Source: Eledone cirrhosa
Taxonomy: Eukaryota
DNA length: 64,000 bases
Direction: 5' to 3'
NCBI GenBank assembly: GCA_964016885.1
Contig: OZ024744.1
Span: 110,546,001-110,610,000 of the forward strand
Below the pieces are notes generated by a model. The model made no database searches. It was given only the letters and a program-made list of their open reading frames with translations, and was not told the origin of the DNA. This document shows positions 32,601 through 48,400 of the stretch, piece by piece. The position numbers and the translations under genes are program-made. The first letter of the stretch is position 1. Every line of letters starts with the position of its first letter.

Positions 32601-35400
32601 GCCCTGAACACAGTAAAACTACATAATCCACTATAACTTACCTTGCCCTGAACACAGTAAAACTACATAATCCACTATAACTTAACATGCCTGAACACAG
32701 TAAAACTACACAATCCAATATAACTTACCTTGCCCTGAACACAGTAAAACTACACAATCCACTATAACTTACCTTGCCCTGAACACAGTAAAACTACATA
32801 ATCCACTATAACTTACCTTGCTCTGAACACAGTAAAACTACACAATCCACTATAACTTACCTTGCTCTGAACAGAGTAAAACAACGCAACCCACTATAAC
32901 TTACCTTGCTCTGAACACAGTAAAACTATATAATCCACTATTGCTTACCTTGCCCTGAACACAGTAAAACTACATAATCCACTATAACTTACCTTGCCCT
33001 GAACACAGTAAAACTACACAACCCTCTATAACTTACCTTGCTCTGAACACAGTAAAACTACATAACCCGCTATAACTTACCTTGCTCTGAACACAGTAAA
33101 TCTACACAACCCTCTATAACTTACCTTGCCCTGAACACAGTAAAACTACATAATCCACTATAACTTACCATGCCTGAACACAGTAAAACTACACAACCCT
33201 CTCTAACTTACCTTGCTCTGAACAGAGTAAAACAACGCAACCCACTATAACTTACCTTACTCTGAACACAGTAAAACTACATAATCCACTATAACTTACT
33301 TTGCCATGAACACAGTAAAACTACACAACCCTCTATAACTTACCTTGCCTTGAACACAGTAAAACTACACAATCCACTATAACTTACCTTGCTCTGAACA
33401 CAGTAAAACTACACAATCCACTATAACTTACCTTGCCCTGAACACAGTAAAACTACACAATCCACTATAACTTACCTTGCCCTGAACACAGTAAAACTAC
33501 ATAATCCACTATAACTTACCTTGCTCTGAACCCAGTAAAACTACACAACCCTCTATAACTTACCTTGCTCTGAACACAGTAAAACTACACAATCCACTAT
33601 AACTTACCTTGCCCTGAACACAGTAAAACTACACAGTCCACTATAACTTACCTTGCCCTGAACACAGTAAAACTACATAATCCACTATAACTTACCATGC
33701 CTGAACACAGTAAAACTACACAATCCACTATAACTTACCTTGCCCTAAACACAGTAAAACTACATAATCCACTATAACTTACCTTGCCCTGAACACAGTA
33801 AAACTACACAATCCACTATAACTTACCTTGCCCTGTACACAGTAAAACTACATAATCCACTATAACTTACCTTGCCCTGAACACAGTAAAACTACATAAT
33901 CCACTATAACTTACCATGCCTGAACACAGTAAAACTACACAATCCACTATAACTTACCTTGCACTGAACACAGTAAAACTACACAATCCACTATAACTTA
34001 CCTTGCCCTGAACACAGTAAAACTACATAATCCACTATAACTTACCTTGCCCTGAACACAGTAAAACTACACAATCCACTATAACTTACCTTGCCCTGAA
34101 CACAGTAAAACTACATAATCCACTATAACTTACCTTGCCCTGAACACAGTAAAACTACATAATCCACTATAACTTACCATGCCTGAACACAGTAAAACTA
34201 CACAATCTTCTATAACTTACCTTGCCCTGAACACAGTAAAATTACACAATCCACTATAACTTACCTTGCTCTGAACACAGTAAAACTACACAAACCACTA
34301 TAAAATACCTTGCCCTGAACACAGTAAAACTATATAATCCACTATAGCTTAACTTGCCCTGAACACAGTAAAACTATACAACCCACTATAACTTACCTTG
34401 CCCTGAACACAGTAAAACTACATAATCCACTATAACTTACCTTGCCCTGAACACAGTAAAAGTACATAATCCACTATAGCTTACCTTGCCCTGAACACAG
34501 TAAAACTACACAATCCACTATAACTTACCTTGCTCTGAACACAGTAAAACTACACAATCCACTATAACCTACCTTGCCCTGAACACAGTAAAACTACATA
34601 AGCCACTATAACTTACCTTGCCCTGAACACAGTAAAAGTACATAATCCACTATAGCTTACCTTGCTCTGAACACAGTAAAACTACACAATCCACTATAAC
34701 TTACCTTGCTCTGAACAGAGTAAAACAACGCAACCCACTATAACTTACCTTGCTCTGAACACAGTAAAACTATATAATCCACTATTGCTTACCTTGCCCT
34801 GAACACAGTAAAACTACATAATCCACTATAACTTACCTTGCCCTGAACACAGTAAAACTACACAACCCCCTATAACTTACCTTGCTCTGAACACAGTAAA
34901 ACTACATAACCCGCTATAACTTACCTTGCTCTGAACACAGTAAATCTACACAACCCTCTATAACTTACCTTGCCCTGAACACAGTAAAACTACATAATCC
35001 ACTATAACTTACCATGCCTGAACACAGTAAAACTACACAACCCTCTATAACTTACCTTGCTCTGAACAGAGTAAAACAACGCAACCCACTATAACTTACC
35101 TTACTCTGAACACAGTAAAACTACATAATCCACTATAACTTACTTTGCCATGAACACAGTAAAACTACACAACCCTCTATAACTTACCTTGCCCTGAACA
35201 CAGTAAAACTACACAATCCACTATAACTTACCTTGCTCTGAACACAGTAAAACTACACAATCCACTATAACTTACCTTGCCCTGAACACAGTAAAACTAC
35301 ACAATCCACTATAACTTACCTTGCCCTGAACACAGTAAAACTACATAATCCACTATAACTTACCTTGCTCTGAACCCAGTAAAACTACACAAACCTCTAT
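29340..35400. repeat. 70-monomer (3,072-bp) tandem duplication containing a 42-monomer (1,844-bp) sub-period
   Basis: aacccgc at 29992, 31836, 33064, 34908; acaaccctctcta at 30121 and 33193. Confidence 0.8.
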
Positions 35401-36039
35401 AACTTACCTTGCTCTGAACACAGTAAAACTACACAATCCACTATAACTTACCTTGCCCTGAACACAGTAAAACTACACAGTCCACTATAACTTACCTTGC
35501 CCTGAACACAGTAAAACTACATAATCCACTATAACTTACCATGCCTGAACACAGTAAAACTACACAATCCACTATAACTTACCTTGCCCTAAACACAGTA
35601 AAACTACATAATCCACTATAACTTACCTTGCCCTGAACACAGTAAAACTACACAATCCACTATAACTTACATTGCCCTGTACACAGTAAAACTACATAAT
35701 CCACTATAACTTACCTTGCCCTGAACACAGTAAAACTACATAATCCACTATAACTTACCATGCCTGAACACAGTAAAACTACACAATCCACTATAACTTA
35801 CCTTGCCCTGAACACAGTAAAACTACACAATCCACTATAACTTACCTTGCCCTGAACACAGTAAAACTACATAATCCACTATAACTTACCTTGCCCTGAA
35901 CACAGTAAAACTACACAATCCACTATAACTTACCTTGCCCTGAACACAGTAAAACTACATAATCCACTATAACTTACCTTGCCCTGAACACAGTAAAACT
36001 ACATAATCCACTATAACTTACCATGCCTGAACACAGTAA

Positions 36040-39000
36040 AACTACACAATCTTCTATAACTTACCTTGCCCTGAACACAGTAAAATTACACAATCCACTA
36101 TAACTTACCTTGCTCTGAACACAGTAAAACTACACAAACCACTATAAAATACCTTGCCCTGAACACAGTAAAACTATATAATCCACTATAGCTTAACTTG
36201 CCCTGAACACAGTAAAACTATACAACCCACTATAACTTACCTTGCCCTGAACACAGTAAAACTACATAATCCACTATAACTTACCTTGCCCTGAACACAG
36301 TAAAAGTACATAATCCACTATAGCTTACCTTGCCCTGAACACAGTAAAACTACACAATCCACTATAACTTACCTTGCTCTGAACACAGTAAAACTACACA
36401 ATCCACTATAACCTACCTTGCCCTGAACACAGTAAAACTACATAAGCCACTATAACTTACCTTGCCCTGAACACAGTAAAAGTACATAATCCACTATAGC
36501 TTACCTTGCCCTGAACACAGTAAAACTACACAATCCACTATAACTTACCTTGCTCTGAACACAGTAAAACTACACAACCCACTATAACTTACCTTGCCCT
36601 GAACACAGTAAAACTACATAATCCACTATAATTTACCTTGCTCTGAACACAGTAAAACTATATAATCCACTATAGCTTACCTTGCCCTGAACACAGTAAA
36701 ACTATACAACCCACTATAACTTACCTTGCCCTGAACACAGTAAAACTACATAATCCACTATAACTTACCTTGCCCTGAACACAGTAAAACTACACAATCC
36801 ATTATAACTTACCTTGCTCTGAACACAGTAAAACAACGCAACCCACTATAACTTACCTTGCTCTGAACACAGTAAAACTATATAATCCACTATTGCTTAC
36901 CTTGCCCTGAACACAGTAAAACTACATAATCCACTATAACTTACCTTGCTCTGAACACAGTAAAACTACACAATCCACTATAACTTACCTTGCTCTGAAC
37001 AGAGTAAAACAACGCAACCCACTATAACTTACCTTGCTCTGAACACAGTAAAACTATATAATCCACTATTGCTTACCTTGCCCTGAACACAGTAAAACTA
37101 CATAATCCACTATAACTTACCTTCCCCTGAACACAGTAAAACTACACAACCCTCTATAACTTACCTTGCTCTGAACACAGTAAAACTACATAACCCTCTA
37201 TAACTTACCTTGCTCTGAACACAGTAAAACTACACAACCCTCTATAACTTACCTTGCCCTGAACACAGTAAAACTACATAATCCACTATAACTTACCATG
37301 CCTGAACACAGTAAAACTACACAACCCTCTATAACTTACCTTGCTCTGAACAGAGAAAAACAACGCAACCCACTATAACTTACCTTACTCTGAACACAGT
37401 AAAACTACATAATCCACTATAACTTACTTTGCCATGAACACAGTAAAACTACACAACCCTCTATAACTTACCTTGCCCTGAACACAGTAAAACTACACAA
37501 TCCACTATAACTTACCTTGCTCTGAACACAGTAAAACTACACAATCCACTATAACTTACCTTGCCCTGAACACAGTAAAACTACACAATCCACTATAACT
37601 TACCTTGCCCTGAACACAGTAAAACTACATAATCCACTATAACTTACCTTGCTCTGAACACAGTAAAACTACACAACCTTCTATAACTTACCTTGCTCTG
37701 AACACAGTAAAACTACACAATCCACTGTAACTTACCTTGCCCTGAACACAGTAAAACTACACAGTCCACTATAACTTACCTTGCCCTGAACACAGTAAAA
37801 CTACATAATCCACTATAACTTACCATGCCTGAACACAGTAAAACTACACAATCCACTATAACTTACCTTGCCCTGAACACAGTAAAACTACACAATCCTC
37901 TATAACTTACCTTGCCCTGAACACAGTAAAACTACATAATCCACTATAATTTACCTTGCCCTGAACACAGTAAAACTACACAATCCACTATAACTTACCT
38001 TGCCCTGAACACAGTAAAACTACATAATCCACTATAACTTACCTTGCCCTGAACACAGTAAAACTACATAATCCACTATAACTTACCATGCCTGAACACA
38101 GTAAAACTACACAATCCAATATAACTTACCTTGCCCTGAACACAGTAAAACTACACAATCCACTATAACTTACCTTGCCCTGAACACAGTAAAACTACAT
38201 AATCCACTATAACTTACCTTGCCCTGAACACAATAAAACTACACAATCCACTATAACTTACCTTGCCCTGAACACAGTAAAACTACATAATCCACTATAA
38301 CTTACCTTGCCCTGAACACAGTAAAACTACATAATCCACTATAACTTACCATGCCTGAACACAGTAAAACTACACAATCTTCTATAACTTACCTTGCCCT
38401 GAACACAGTAAAATTACACAATCCACTATAACTTACCTTGCTCTGAACACAGTAAAACTACACAAACCACTATAAATTACCTTGCCCTGAACACAGTAAA
38501 ACTACACAATCCACTATAACTTACCTTGCTCTAAACACAGTAAAACTACACGATCCACTATAACCTACCTTGCCCTGAACACAGTAAAACTAAATAATCC
38601 ACTATAACTTACCTTGCCCTGAACACAGTAAAAGTACATAATCCACTATAGCTTACCTTGCCCTGAACACAGTAAAACCACACAATCCACTATAACTTAC
38701 CTTGCTCTGAACACAGTAAAACTACACAATCCACTATAACCTACCTTGCCCTGAACACAGTAAAACTACATAATCCACTATAACTTACCTTGCCCTGAAC
38801 ACAGTAAAAGTACATAATCCACTATAGCTTACCTTGCCCTGAACACAGTAAAACTACACAATCCACTATAACTTACCTTGCCCTGAACACAGTAAAACTA
38901 CACAACCCACTATAACTTACCTTGCCCTGAACACAGCAAAACTACATAATCCACTATAACTTACCTTGCTCTGAACAGAGTAAAACAACGCAACCCACTA

Positions 39001-42000
39001 TAACTTACCTTGCTCTGAACACAGTAAAACTATATAATCCACTATTGCTTACCTTGCCCTGAACACAGTAAAACTACATAATCCACTATAACTTACCTTG
39101 CCCTGAACACAGTAAAACTACACAACCCTCTATAACTTACCTTGCTCTGAACACAGTAAAACTACATAACCCTCTATAACTTACCTTGCTCTGAACACAG
39201 TAAAACTACACAACCCTCTATAACTTACCTTGCCCTGAACACAGTAAAACTACATAATCCACTATAACTTACCATGCCTGAACACAGTAAAACTACACAA
39301 CCCTCTATAACTTACCTTGCTCTGAACAGAGAAAAACAACGCAACCCACTATAACTTACCTTACTCTGAACACAGTAAAACTACATAATCCACTATAACT
39401 TACTTTGCCATGAACACAGTAAAACTACACAACCCTCTATAACTTACCTTGCCCTGAACACAGTAAAACTACACAATCTTCTATAACTTACCTTGCCCTG
39501 AACACAGTAAAATTACACAATCCACTATAACTTACCTTGCTCTGAACACAGTAAAACTACACAAACCACTATAAAATACCTTGCCCTGAACACAGTAAAA
39601 CTATATAATCCACTATAGCTTAACTTGCCCTGAACACAGTAAAACTATACAACCCACTATAACTTACCTTGCCCTGAACACAGTAAAACTACATAATCCA
39701 CTATAACTTACCTTGCCCTGAACACAGTAAAAGTACATAATCCACTATAGCTTACCTTGCCCTGAACACAGTAAAACTACACAATCCACTATAACTTACC
39801 TTGCTCTGAACACAGTAAAACTACACAATCCACTATAACCTACCTTGCCCTGAACACAGTAAAACTACATAAGCCACTATAACTTACCTTGCCCTGAACA
39901 CAGTAAAAGTACATAATCCACTATAGCTTACCTTGCCCTGAACACAGTAAAACTACACAATCCACTATAACTTACCTTGCTCTGAACACAGTAAAACTAC
40001 ACAACCCACTATAACTTACCTTGCCCTGAACACAGTAAAACTACATAATCCACTATAATTTACCTTGCTCTGAACACAGTAAAACTATATAATCCACTAT
40101 AGCTTACCTTGCCCTGAACACAGTAAAACTATACAACCCACTATAACTTACCTTGCCCTGAACACAGTAAAACTACATAATCCACTATAACTTACCTTGC
40201 CCTGAACACAGTAAAACTACACAATCCATTATAACTTACCTTGCTCTGAACACAGTAAAACAACGCAACCCACTATAACTTACCTTGCTCTGAACACAGT
40301 AAAACTATATAATCCACTATTGCTTACCTTGCCCTGAACACAGTAAAACTACATAATCCACTATAACTTACCTTGCTCTGAACACAGTAAAACTACACAA
40401 TCCACTATAACTTACCTTGCTCTGAACAGAGTAAAACAACGCAACCCACTATAACTTACCTTGCTCTGAACACAGTAAAACTATATAATCCACTATTGCT
40501 TACCTTGCCCTGAACACAGTAAAACTACATAATCCACTATAACTTACCTTCCCCTGAACACAGTAAAACTACACAACCCTCTATAACTTACCTTGCTCTG
40601 AACACAGTAAAACTACATAACCCTCTATAACTTACCTTGCTCTGAACACAGTAAAACTACACAACCCTCTATAACTTACCTTGCCCTGAACACAGTAAAA
40701 CTACATAATCCACTATAACTTACCATGCCTGAACACAGTAAAACTACACAACCCTCTATAACTTACCTTGCTCTGAACAGAGAAAAACAACGCAACCCAC
40801 TATAACTTACCTTACTCTGAACACAGTAAAACTACATAATCCACTATAACTTACTTTGCCATGAACACAGTAAAACTACACAACCCTCTATAACTTACCT
40901 TGCCCTGAACACAGTAAAACTACACAATCCACTATAACTTACCTTGCTCTGAACACAGTAAAACTACACAATCCACTATAACTTACCTTGCCCTGAACAC
41001 AGTAAAACTACACAATCCACTATAACTTACCTTGCCCTGAACACAGTAAAACTACATAATCCACTATAACTTACCTTGCTCTGAACACAGTAAAACTACA
41101 CAACCTTCTATAACTTACCTTGCTCTGAACACAGTAAAACTACACAATCCACTGTAACTTACCTTGCCCTGAACACAGTAAAACTACACAGTCCACTATA
41201 ACTTACCTTGCCCTGAACACAGTAAAACTACATAATCCACTATAACTTACCATGCCTGAACACAGTAAAACTACACAATCCACTATAACTTACCTTGCCC
41301 TGAACACAGTAAAACTACACAATCCTCTATAACTTACCTTGCCCTGAACACAGTAAAACTACATAATCCACTATAATTTACCTTGCCCTGAACACAGTAA
41401 AACTACACAATCCACTATAACTTACCTTGCCCTGAACACAGTAAAACTACATAATCCACTATAACTTACCTTGCCCTGAACACAGTAAAACTACATAATC
41501 CACTATAACTTACCATGCCTGAACACAGTAAAACTACACAATCCAATATAACTTACCTTGCCCTGAACACAGTAAAACTACACAATCCACTATAACTTAC
41601 CTTGCCCTGAACACAGTAAAACTACATAATCCACTATAACTTACCTTGCCCTGAACACAATAAAACTACACAATCCACTATAACTTACCTTGCCCTGAAC
41701 ACAGTAAAACTACATAATCCACTATAACTTACCTTGCCCTGAACACAGTAAAACTACATAATCCACTATAACTTACCATGCCTGAACACAGTAAAACTAC
41801 ACAATCTTCTATAACTTACCTTGCCCTGAACACAGTAAAATTACACAATCCACTATAACTTACCTTGCTCTGAACACAGTAAAACTACACAAACCACTAT
41901 AAATTACCTTGCCCTGAACACAGTAAAACTACACAATCCACTATAACTTACCTTGCTCTAAACACAGTAAAACTACACGATCCACTATAACCTACCTTGC

Positions 42001-42900
42001 CCTGAACACAGTAAAACTAAATAATCCACTATAACTTACCTTGCCCTGAACACAGTAAAAGTACATAATCCACTATAGCTTACCTTGCCCTGAACACAGT
42101 AAAACCACACAATCCACTATAACTTACCTTGCTCTGAACACAGTAAAACTACACAATCCACTATAACCTACCTTGCCCTGAACACAGTAAAACTACATAA
42201 TCCACTATAACTTACCTTGCCCTGAACACAGTAAAAGTACATAATCCACTATAGCTTACCTTGCCCTGAACACAGTAAAACTACACAATCCACTATAACT
42301 TACCTTGCCCTGAACACAGTAAAACTACACAACCCACTATAACTTACCTTGCCCTGAACACAGCAAAACTACATAATCCACTATAACTTACCTTGCTCTG
42401 AACAGAGTAAAACAACGCAACCCACTATAACTTACCTTGCTCTGAACACAGTAAAACTATATAATCCACTATTGCTTACCTTGCCCTGAACACAGTAAAA
42501 CTACATAATCCACTATAACTTACCTTGCCCTGAACACAGTAAAACTACACAACCCTCTATAACTTACCTTGCTCTGAACACAGTAAAACTACATAACCCT
42601 CTATAACTTACCTTGCTCTGAACACAGTAAAACTACACAACCCTCTATAACTTACCTTGCCCTGAACACAGTAAAACTACATAATCCACTATAACTTACC
42701 ATGCCTGAACACAGTAAAACTACACAACCCTCTATAACTTACCTTGCTCTGAACAGAGAAAAACAACGCAACCCACTATAACTTACCTTACTCTGAACAC
42801 AGTAAAACTACATAATCCACTATAACTTACTTTGCCATGAACACAGTAAAACTACACAACCCTCTATAACTTACCTTGCCCTGAACACAGTAAAACTACA
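36040..42900. repeat. 78-monomer (3,427-bp) tandem duplication
   Basis: cttcccctga at 37121 and 40548; cgatcc at 38551 and 41978; cagcaaaac at 38934 and 42361. All offsets are 3427. Confidence 0.88.
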
Positions 42901-45479
42901 CAATCCACTATAACTTACCTTGCTCTGAACACAGTAAAACTACACAATCCACTATAACTTACCTTGCCCTGAACACAGTAAAACTACACAATCCACTATA
43001 ACTTACCTTGCCCTGAACACAGTAAAACTACATAATCCACTATAACTTACCTTGCTCTGAACACAGTAAAACTACACAACCTTCTATAACTTACCTTGCT
43101 CTGAACACAGTAAAACTACACAATCCACTGTAACTTACCTTGCCCTGAACACAGTAAAACTACACAGTCCACTATAACTTACCTTGCCCTGAACACAGTA
43201 AAACTACATAATCCACTATAACTTACCATGCCTGAACACAGTAAAACTACACAATCCACTATAACTTACCTTGCCCTGAACACAGTAAAACTACACAATC
43301 CTCTATAACTTACCTTGCCCTGAACACAGTAAAACTACATAATCCACTATAATTTACCTTGCCCTGAACACAGTAAAACTACACAATCCACTATAACTTA
43401 CCTTGCCCTGAACACAGTAAAACTACATAATCCACTATAACTTACCTTGCCCTGAACACAGTAAAACTACATAATCCACTATAACTTACCATGCCTGAAC
43501 ACAGTAAAACTACACAATCCAATATAACTTACCTTGCCCTGAACACAGTAAAACTACACAATCCACTATAACTTACCTTGCCCTGAACACAGTAAAACTA
43601 CATAATCCACTATAACTTACCTTGCCCTGAACACAATAAAACTACACAATCCACTATAACTTACCTTGCCCTGAACACAGTAAAACTACATAATCCACTA
43701 TAACTTACCTTGCCCTGAACACAGTAAAACTACATAATCCACTATAACTTACCATGCCTGAACACAGTAAAACTACACAATCTTCTATAACTTACCTTGC
43801 CCTGAACACAGTAAAATTACACAATCCACTATAACTTACCTTGCTCTGAACACAGTAAAACTACACAAACCACTATAAATTACCTTGCCCTGAACACAGT
43901 AAAACTACACAATCCACTATAACTTACCTTGCTCTAAACACAGTAAAACTACATAATCCACTATAACTTACCTTGCCCTGAACACAATAAAACTACACAA
44001 TCCACTATAACCTACCTTGCCCTGAACACAGTAAAACTAAATAATCCACTATAACTTACCTTGCCCTGAACACAGTAAAAGTACATAATCCACTATAGCT
44101 TACCTTGCCCTGAACACAGTAAAACAACACAATCCACTATAACTTACCTTGCTCTGAACACAGTAAAACTACACAATCCACTATAACCTACCTTGCCCTG
44201 AACACAGTAAAACTACATAATCCACTATAACTTACCTTGCCCTGAACACAGTAAAAGTACATAATCCACTATAGCTTACCTTGCCCTGAACACAGTAAAA
44301 CTACACAATCCACTATAACTTACCTTGCCCTGAACACAGTAAAACTACACAACCCACTATAACTTACCTTGCCCTGAACACAGTAAAACTACATAATCCA
44401 CTATAATTTACCTTGCTCTGAACACAGTAAAACTATATAATCCACTATAGCTTACCTTGCCCTGAACACAGTAAAACTATACAACCCACTATAACTTACC
44501 TTGCCCTGAACACAGTAAAAGTACATAATCCACTATAACTTACCTTGCCCTGAACACAGTAAAACTACACAATCCACTATAACTTACCTTGCTCTGAAAA
44601 CAGTAAACTACACAATCCACTATAACTTACCTTGCTCTGAACAGAGTAAAACAACGCAACCCACTATAACTTACCTAGCTCTGAACACAGTAAAACTATA
44701 TAATCCACTATTGCTTACCTTGCCCTGAACACAGTAAAACTACATAATCCACTATAACTTACCTTGCCCTGAACACAGTAAAACTACACAATTCACTATA
44801 ACTTACCTTGCTCTGAACACAGTAAAACTACATAATCCACTATAACTTACCTTGCTCTGAACACAGTAAAACTACACAATCCACTATAGTTTACCTTGCC
44901 CTGAATACAGTAAAACTACACAACCCACTATAACTTACCTTGCCCTGAACACAGTAAAACTACATAATCCACTATAACTTACCTTGCCCTGAACAGAGTA
45001 AAACTACACAATCCACTATAAGTTACCTTGCCCTGAACACAGTAAAACTAGACAATCCACTATAACTTACCTTGCCCTGAACACAGTAAAACTACACAAT
45101 CCACTATAACTTACCTTGCACTGAACACTGTAAAACTACACAATCCACTATAACTTACCTTGCTCTGAACAGAGTAAAACTACACAACCCACTATACCTT
45201 ACCTTGCTCTGAACACAGTAAAAGTACATAATCCACTATAACTTACCTTGCCCTGAACACAGTAAAACTACACAATCCACTATAATCTACCTTGCCCTGA
45301 ACACAGTAAAACTACACAATCCACTATTACTTACCTTGCTCTGAACACAGTAAACTACACAATCCACTATAACTTACCTTGCTCTGAACAGAGTAAAACA
45401 ACGCAACCCACTATAACTTACCTTGCTCTGAACACAGTAAAACTATATAATCCACTATTGCTTACCTTGCCCTGAACAC

Positions 45480-48400
45480 AGTAAAACTACATAATCCACT
45501 ATAACTTACCTGGCTCTGAACAGAGTAAAACAACGCAACCCACTATAACATACCTTGCCTTGAACACAGTAAAACTACACAATCCACTATAACTTACCTT
45601 GCCCTGAACACAGTAAAACTACATAATCCACTATAACTTACCTTGGCCTGAACACAGTAAAACTACATAATCCACTATAACTTACCTTCCCTGAACACAA
45701 TAAAACTACACAATCCACTATAACTTACCTTGCTCTAAACAGAGTAAAACTACACAACCCACTATAACTTACCTTGCTCTGAACACAGTAAAACTACACA
45801 ACCCACTATAACTTACCTTGCTCTGAACACAGTAAAACTACACAATCCACTATAACTTACCTTGCCCTGAACACAGTAAAACTACATAATCCACTATAAC
45901 TTACCTTGGCCTGAACACAGTAAAACTACATAATCCACTATAACTTACCTTCCCTGAACACAATAAAACTACACAATCCACTATAACTTACCTTGCTCTA
46001 AACAGAGTAAAACTACACAACCCACTATAACTTACCTTGCTCTGAACACAGTAAAACTACACAACCCACTATAACTTACCTTGCTCTGAACACAGTAAAA
46101 CTACACAATCCACTATAACTTACCTTGCCCTGAACACAGTAAAACTACACAACCCACCATAACTTACCTTGCCCTGAACACAGTAAAAGTACATAATCCA
46201 CTATAACTTACCTTCCCTGAACACAGTAAAACTACACAATCCACTATAACTTACCTTGCCCTGAACACAGTAAAAGTACATAAACCACTATAACTTAACT
46301 TGCTCTGAACAGAGTAAAACTACACAACCCACTATAACTTACCTTGCTCTGAACACAGTAAAACTACACAATCCACTATAACTTACCTTGCCCTGAACAC
46401 AGTAAAACTACACAACCCACTATAACTTACCTTGCCCTGAACACAGTAAAAGTACATAATCCACTATAACTTACCTTCCCTGAACACAGTAAAACTACAC
46501 AATCCACTATAACTTACCTTGCCCTGAACACAGTAAAAGTACATAAACCACTATAACTTAACTTGCTCTGAATAGAGTAAAACTACACAACCCACTATAA
46601 CTTACCTTGCCCTGAACACAGTAAAACTACATAATCCACTATAACTTAACTTGCCCTGAACACAGTAAAACTACACAACCCTCTATAACTTACCTTGCTC
46701 TGAACACAGTAAAACTACACAATCCACTATAACTTACCTTGCCCTGAACACAGTAAAACTACACAATCCACTATAACTTACATTGCCCTGAACACAGTAA
46801 AACTACACAATCCACTATAACTTACCATGCCCTGAACACAGTAAAACTACACAATCCACTATAACTTACCTTGCCTTAACACAGTAAAACGACACAATCT
46901 ACTATAAATTACGTTGCCCAGAACACACTAAAACTACACAATTTTCTATAACTTACCTTGCCCTGAACACAGTAAAACTACACAATCCACTATAACTTAC
47001 CTTGCCTTGAACACAGTAAAACTACATAATCCACTATAACTTACCTTGCTCTGAACACAGTAAAACTACACAATCCACTATAACTTACCTTCCTTTGAAC
47101 ACAGTAAATCTATATAATCCACTATGGCTTACCTTGCCCTGAACACAGTAAAACTACACAATCCACTATAACTTACCTTACTCTGAACACAGTAAAACTA
47201 CACAACCCACTATAACTTACCTTGCCTTGAACACAGTAAAACTACACAATCCACTATAACTTACCTTGCTCTGAACAGAGTAAAACTACACAATCTACTA
47301 TAATTTACCTTGCCCTGAACACAGAAAAAGTACATAATCGACTATCACTTACCTTGCCCTGAACACAGTAAAACTACACAATCCACTATAACATACCTTG
47401 CCCTGAACACAGTAAAACTACACAATCCACTATAAATTACCTTGCTCTGAAAACAGTAAAACTACATAATCCACTATAACTTACCTTGCCCTGAACACAC
47501 TAAAACTACACAATCTTCTATAACTTACCTTGCTCTGAACACAGTAAAACTACACAATCCACTATAACTTACTTTTATGAACACAGTAAAACTACACAAT
47601 CCACTATAACTTACCTTGCCCTGAACACAGTAAAACTACACAATCCACTATAACTTACTTTGCCATGAACACAGTAAAACTACACAATCCACTATAACTT
47701 AAATTGCCCTGAACTCAGTAAAACTACATAATCCACTGTAACTTACCTTGCCCTGAACACAGTAAAACTACACAACTCACTATAACTTACCTTGCCCTGA
47801 ACACAGTAAAACTACACGATCCACTATAGCTTACCTTGCCCTGAACACAGTAAAACTACATAATCCACTATAACTTACCATGCCCTGAACACAGTAAAAC
47901 TACACAATCCACTATAACTCACCTTCCCCTGAACACAGTAAAACTACATAATCCACTATAACTTACCTTGCTCTGAACACAGTAAAACTATATAATCCAC
48001 TATTGCTTACCTTGCCCTGAACACAGTAAAACTACACAATACACTATAACTTACCTTGCTCTGAACACAGTAAAACTACACGATCCACTATAACTTACCT
48101 TCCTTTGAAAACAGTAAATCTATATAATCCACTATGGCTTACCTTGCCCTGAACACAGTAAAACTAGACAATCCACTATAACTTACATTGCCCTGAACAC
48201 AGTAAAACTACACAATCCACTATAACTTACCTTGCTCTGAACAGAGTAAAACTACACAATCTACTATAATTTACCTTGCCCTGAACACAGTAAAACTACA
48301 CAATCCACTATAACTTACCTTGCCCTGAACACAGTAAAAGTACATAAACCACTATAACTTAACTTGCTCTGAATAGAGTAAAACTACACAACCCACTATA

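Noticed and set aside
45495-45530. U1 snRNA or spliced-leader RNA gene (acttacctgg)
   Set aside because: Only the first 8-10 nt resemble U1. No stem-loops, snRNA body or promoter elements follow; the sequence returns to satellite.
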